A stretch of 34,807 bases of DNA from Bigelowiella natans CCMP2755 (taxonomy: Eukaryota; Protista; Cercozoa). Made by a program: the position numbers and the translations under genes. Positions 34,344-34,807 of this stretch are shown one piece after another. The notes under the pieces are model-generated. The model saw only the letters and a list, made by a program, of their open reading frames with translations. It made no database searches and was not told the DNA's origin. The stretch lies in the NCBI GenBank assembly GCA_000320545.1, contig ADNK01003085.1:1-34807 (forward strand). The letters are read 5' to 3'. Positions within the stretch are counted from its first letter, which is position 1. Each line of letters starts with the position of its first letter.

Positions 34344-34807
34344 CGCAAACCCACTCTCTGCAGCATAGCCTCGTCGCACAGATTCCGGCTTCTGGGTACG
34401 CGTGCAGACGTCTTAGAACATGCGTTTACACAATGAAATGTTGGTGGCGTTGTTGGTGAGGATGATGATGGTGGTGGTGGTGGTGGTGGTGGTGGTGGTG
34501 GTGACGATGATACAATTGAGGCAAAAACGCGGGAAGGCCGCTGACTAATGTGAATGTCTTATATCGCCGGGGAGGCCCGTGGCCATTAGAACCACACTAG
34601 TGTTGTTCTCAGCAGTTATCGAACAGTCATCACGAGCGATGGAAGCCATTATTAGTTGATACATGTGTCAGTGTAAATGTGCATGTGTGTGTGTGTATGT
34701 GTGTGTAGTTTGATGTGCACTTCCTTACCCAACCTCCACCTCTAAGCAGTCCCTTTCCCCCTCCTTCCACCTCCCCCCCCCCCCCGAAACCCTTACCCAC
34801 TACGGTA

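Overview
Eukaryotic (protist-like) nuclear DNA with intron-rich genes whose introns carry (TA)n, (CA)n, (GA)n and poly-G/C tracts. A chlorarachniophyte-like origin is only a guess. Genes: two divergent mitochondrial carriers, an intronless cAMP-receptor/GCR1-like 7TM gene, a PhyH-like 2OG-Fe(II) dioxygenase, a small Cys-rich protein, a probable multi-pass membrane protein, an MDR quinone oxidoreductase, and a macro-like/SIR2 fusion running off the right edge. The centre holds an intact, apparently young Ty3/Gypsy LTR retrotransposon (326-bp LTRs, 4-bp ACAC TSD, one 1657-aa gag-pol ORF). It has a D(27)E integrase and a C-terminal domain resembling a degenerate DIRS-type Dam-like adenine methyltransferase. 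The strongest unexplained signal is intergenic, repeat-rich tracts almost wholly purged of TpA: 0 in 609 bp, 1 in 726 bp, with survivors mostly in CTAG. Repeat copies differ by TA vs CA/TG, suggesting a repeat-directed A-to-G/T-to-C hypermutation process, the reverse of RIP. All counts and alignments were done by eye.
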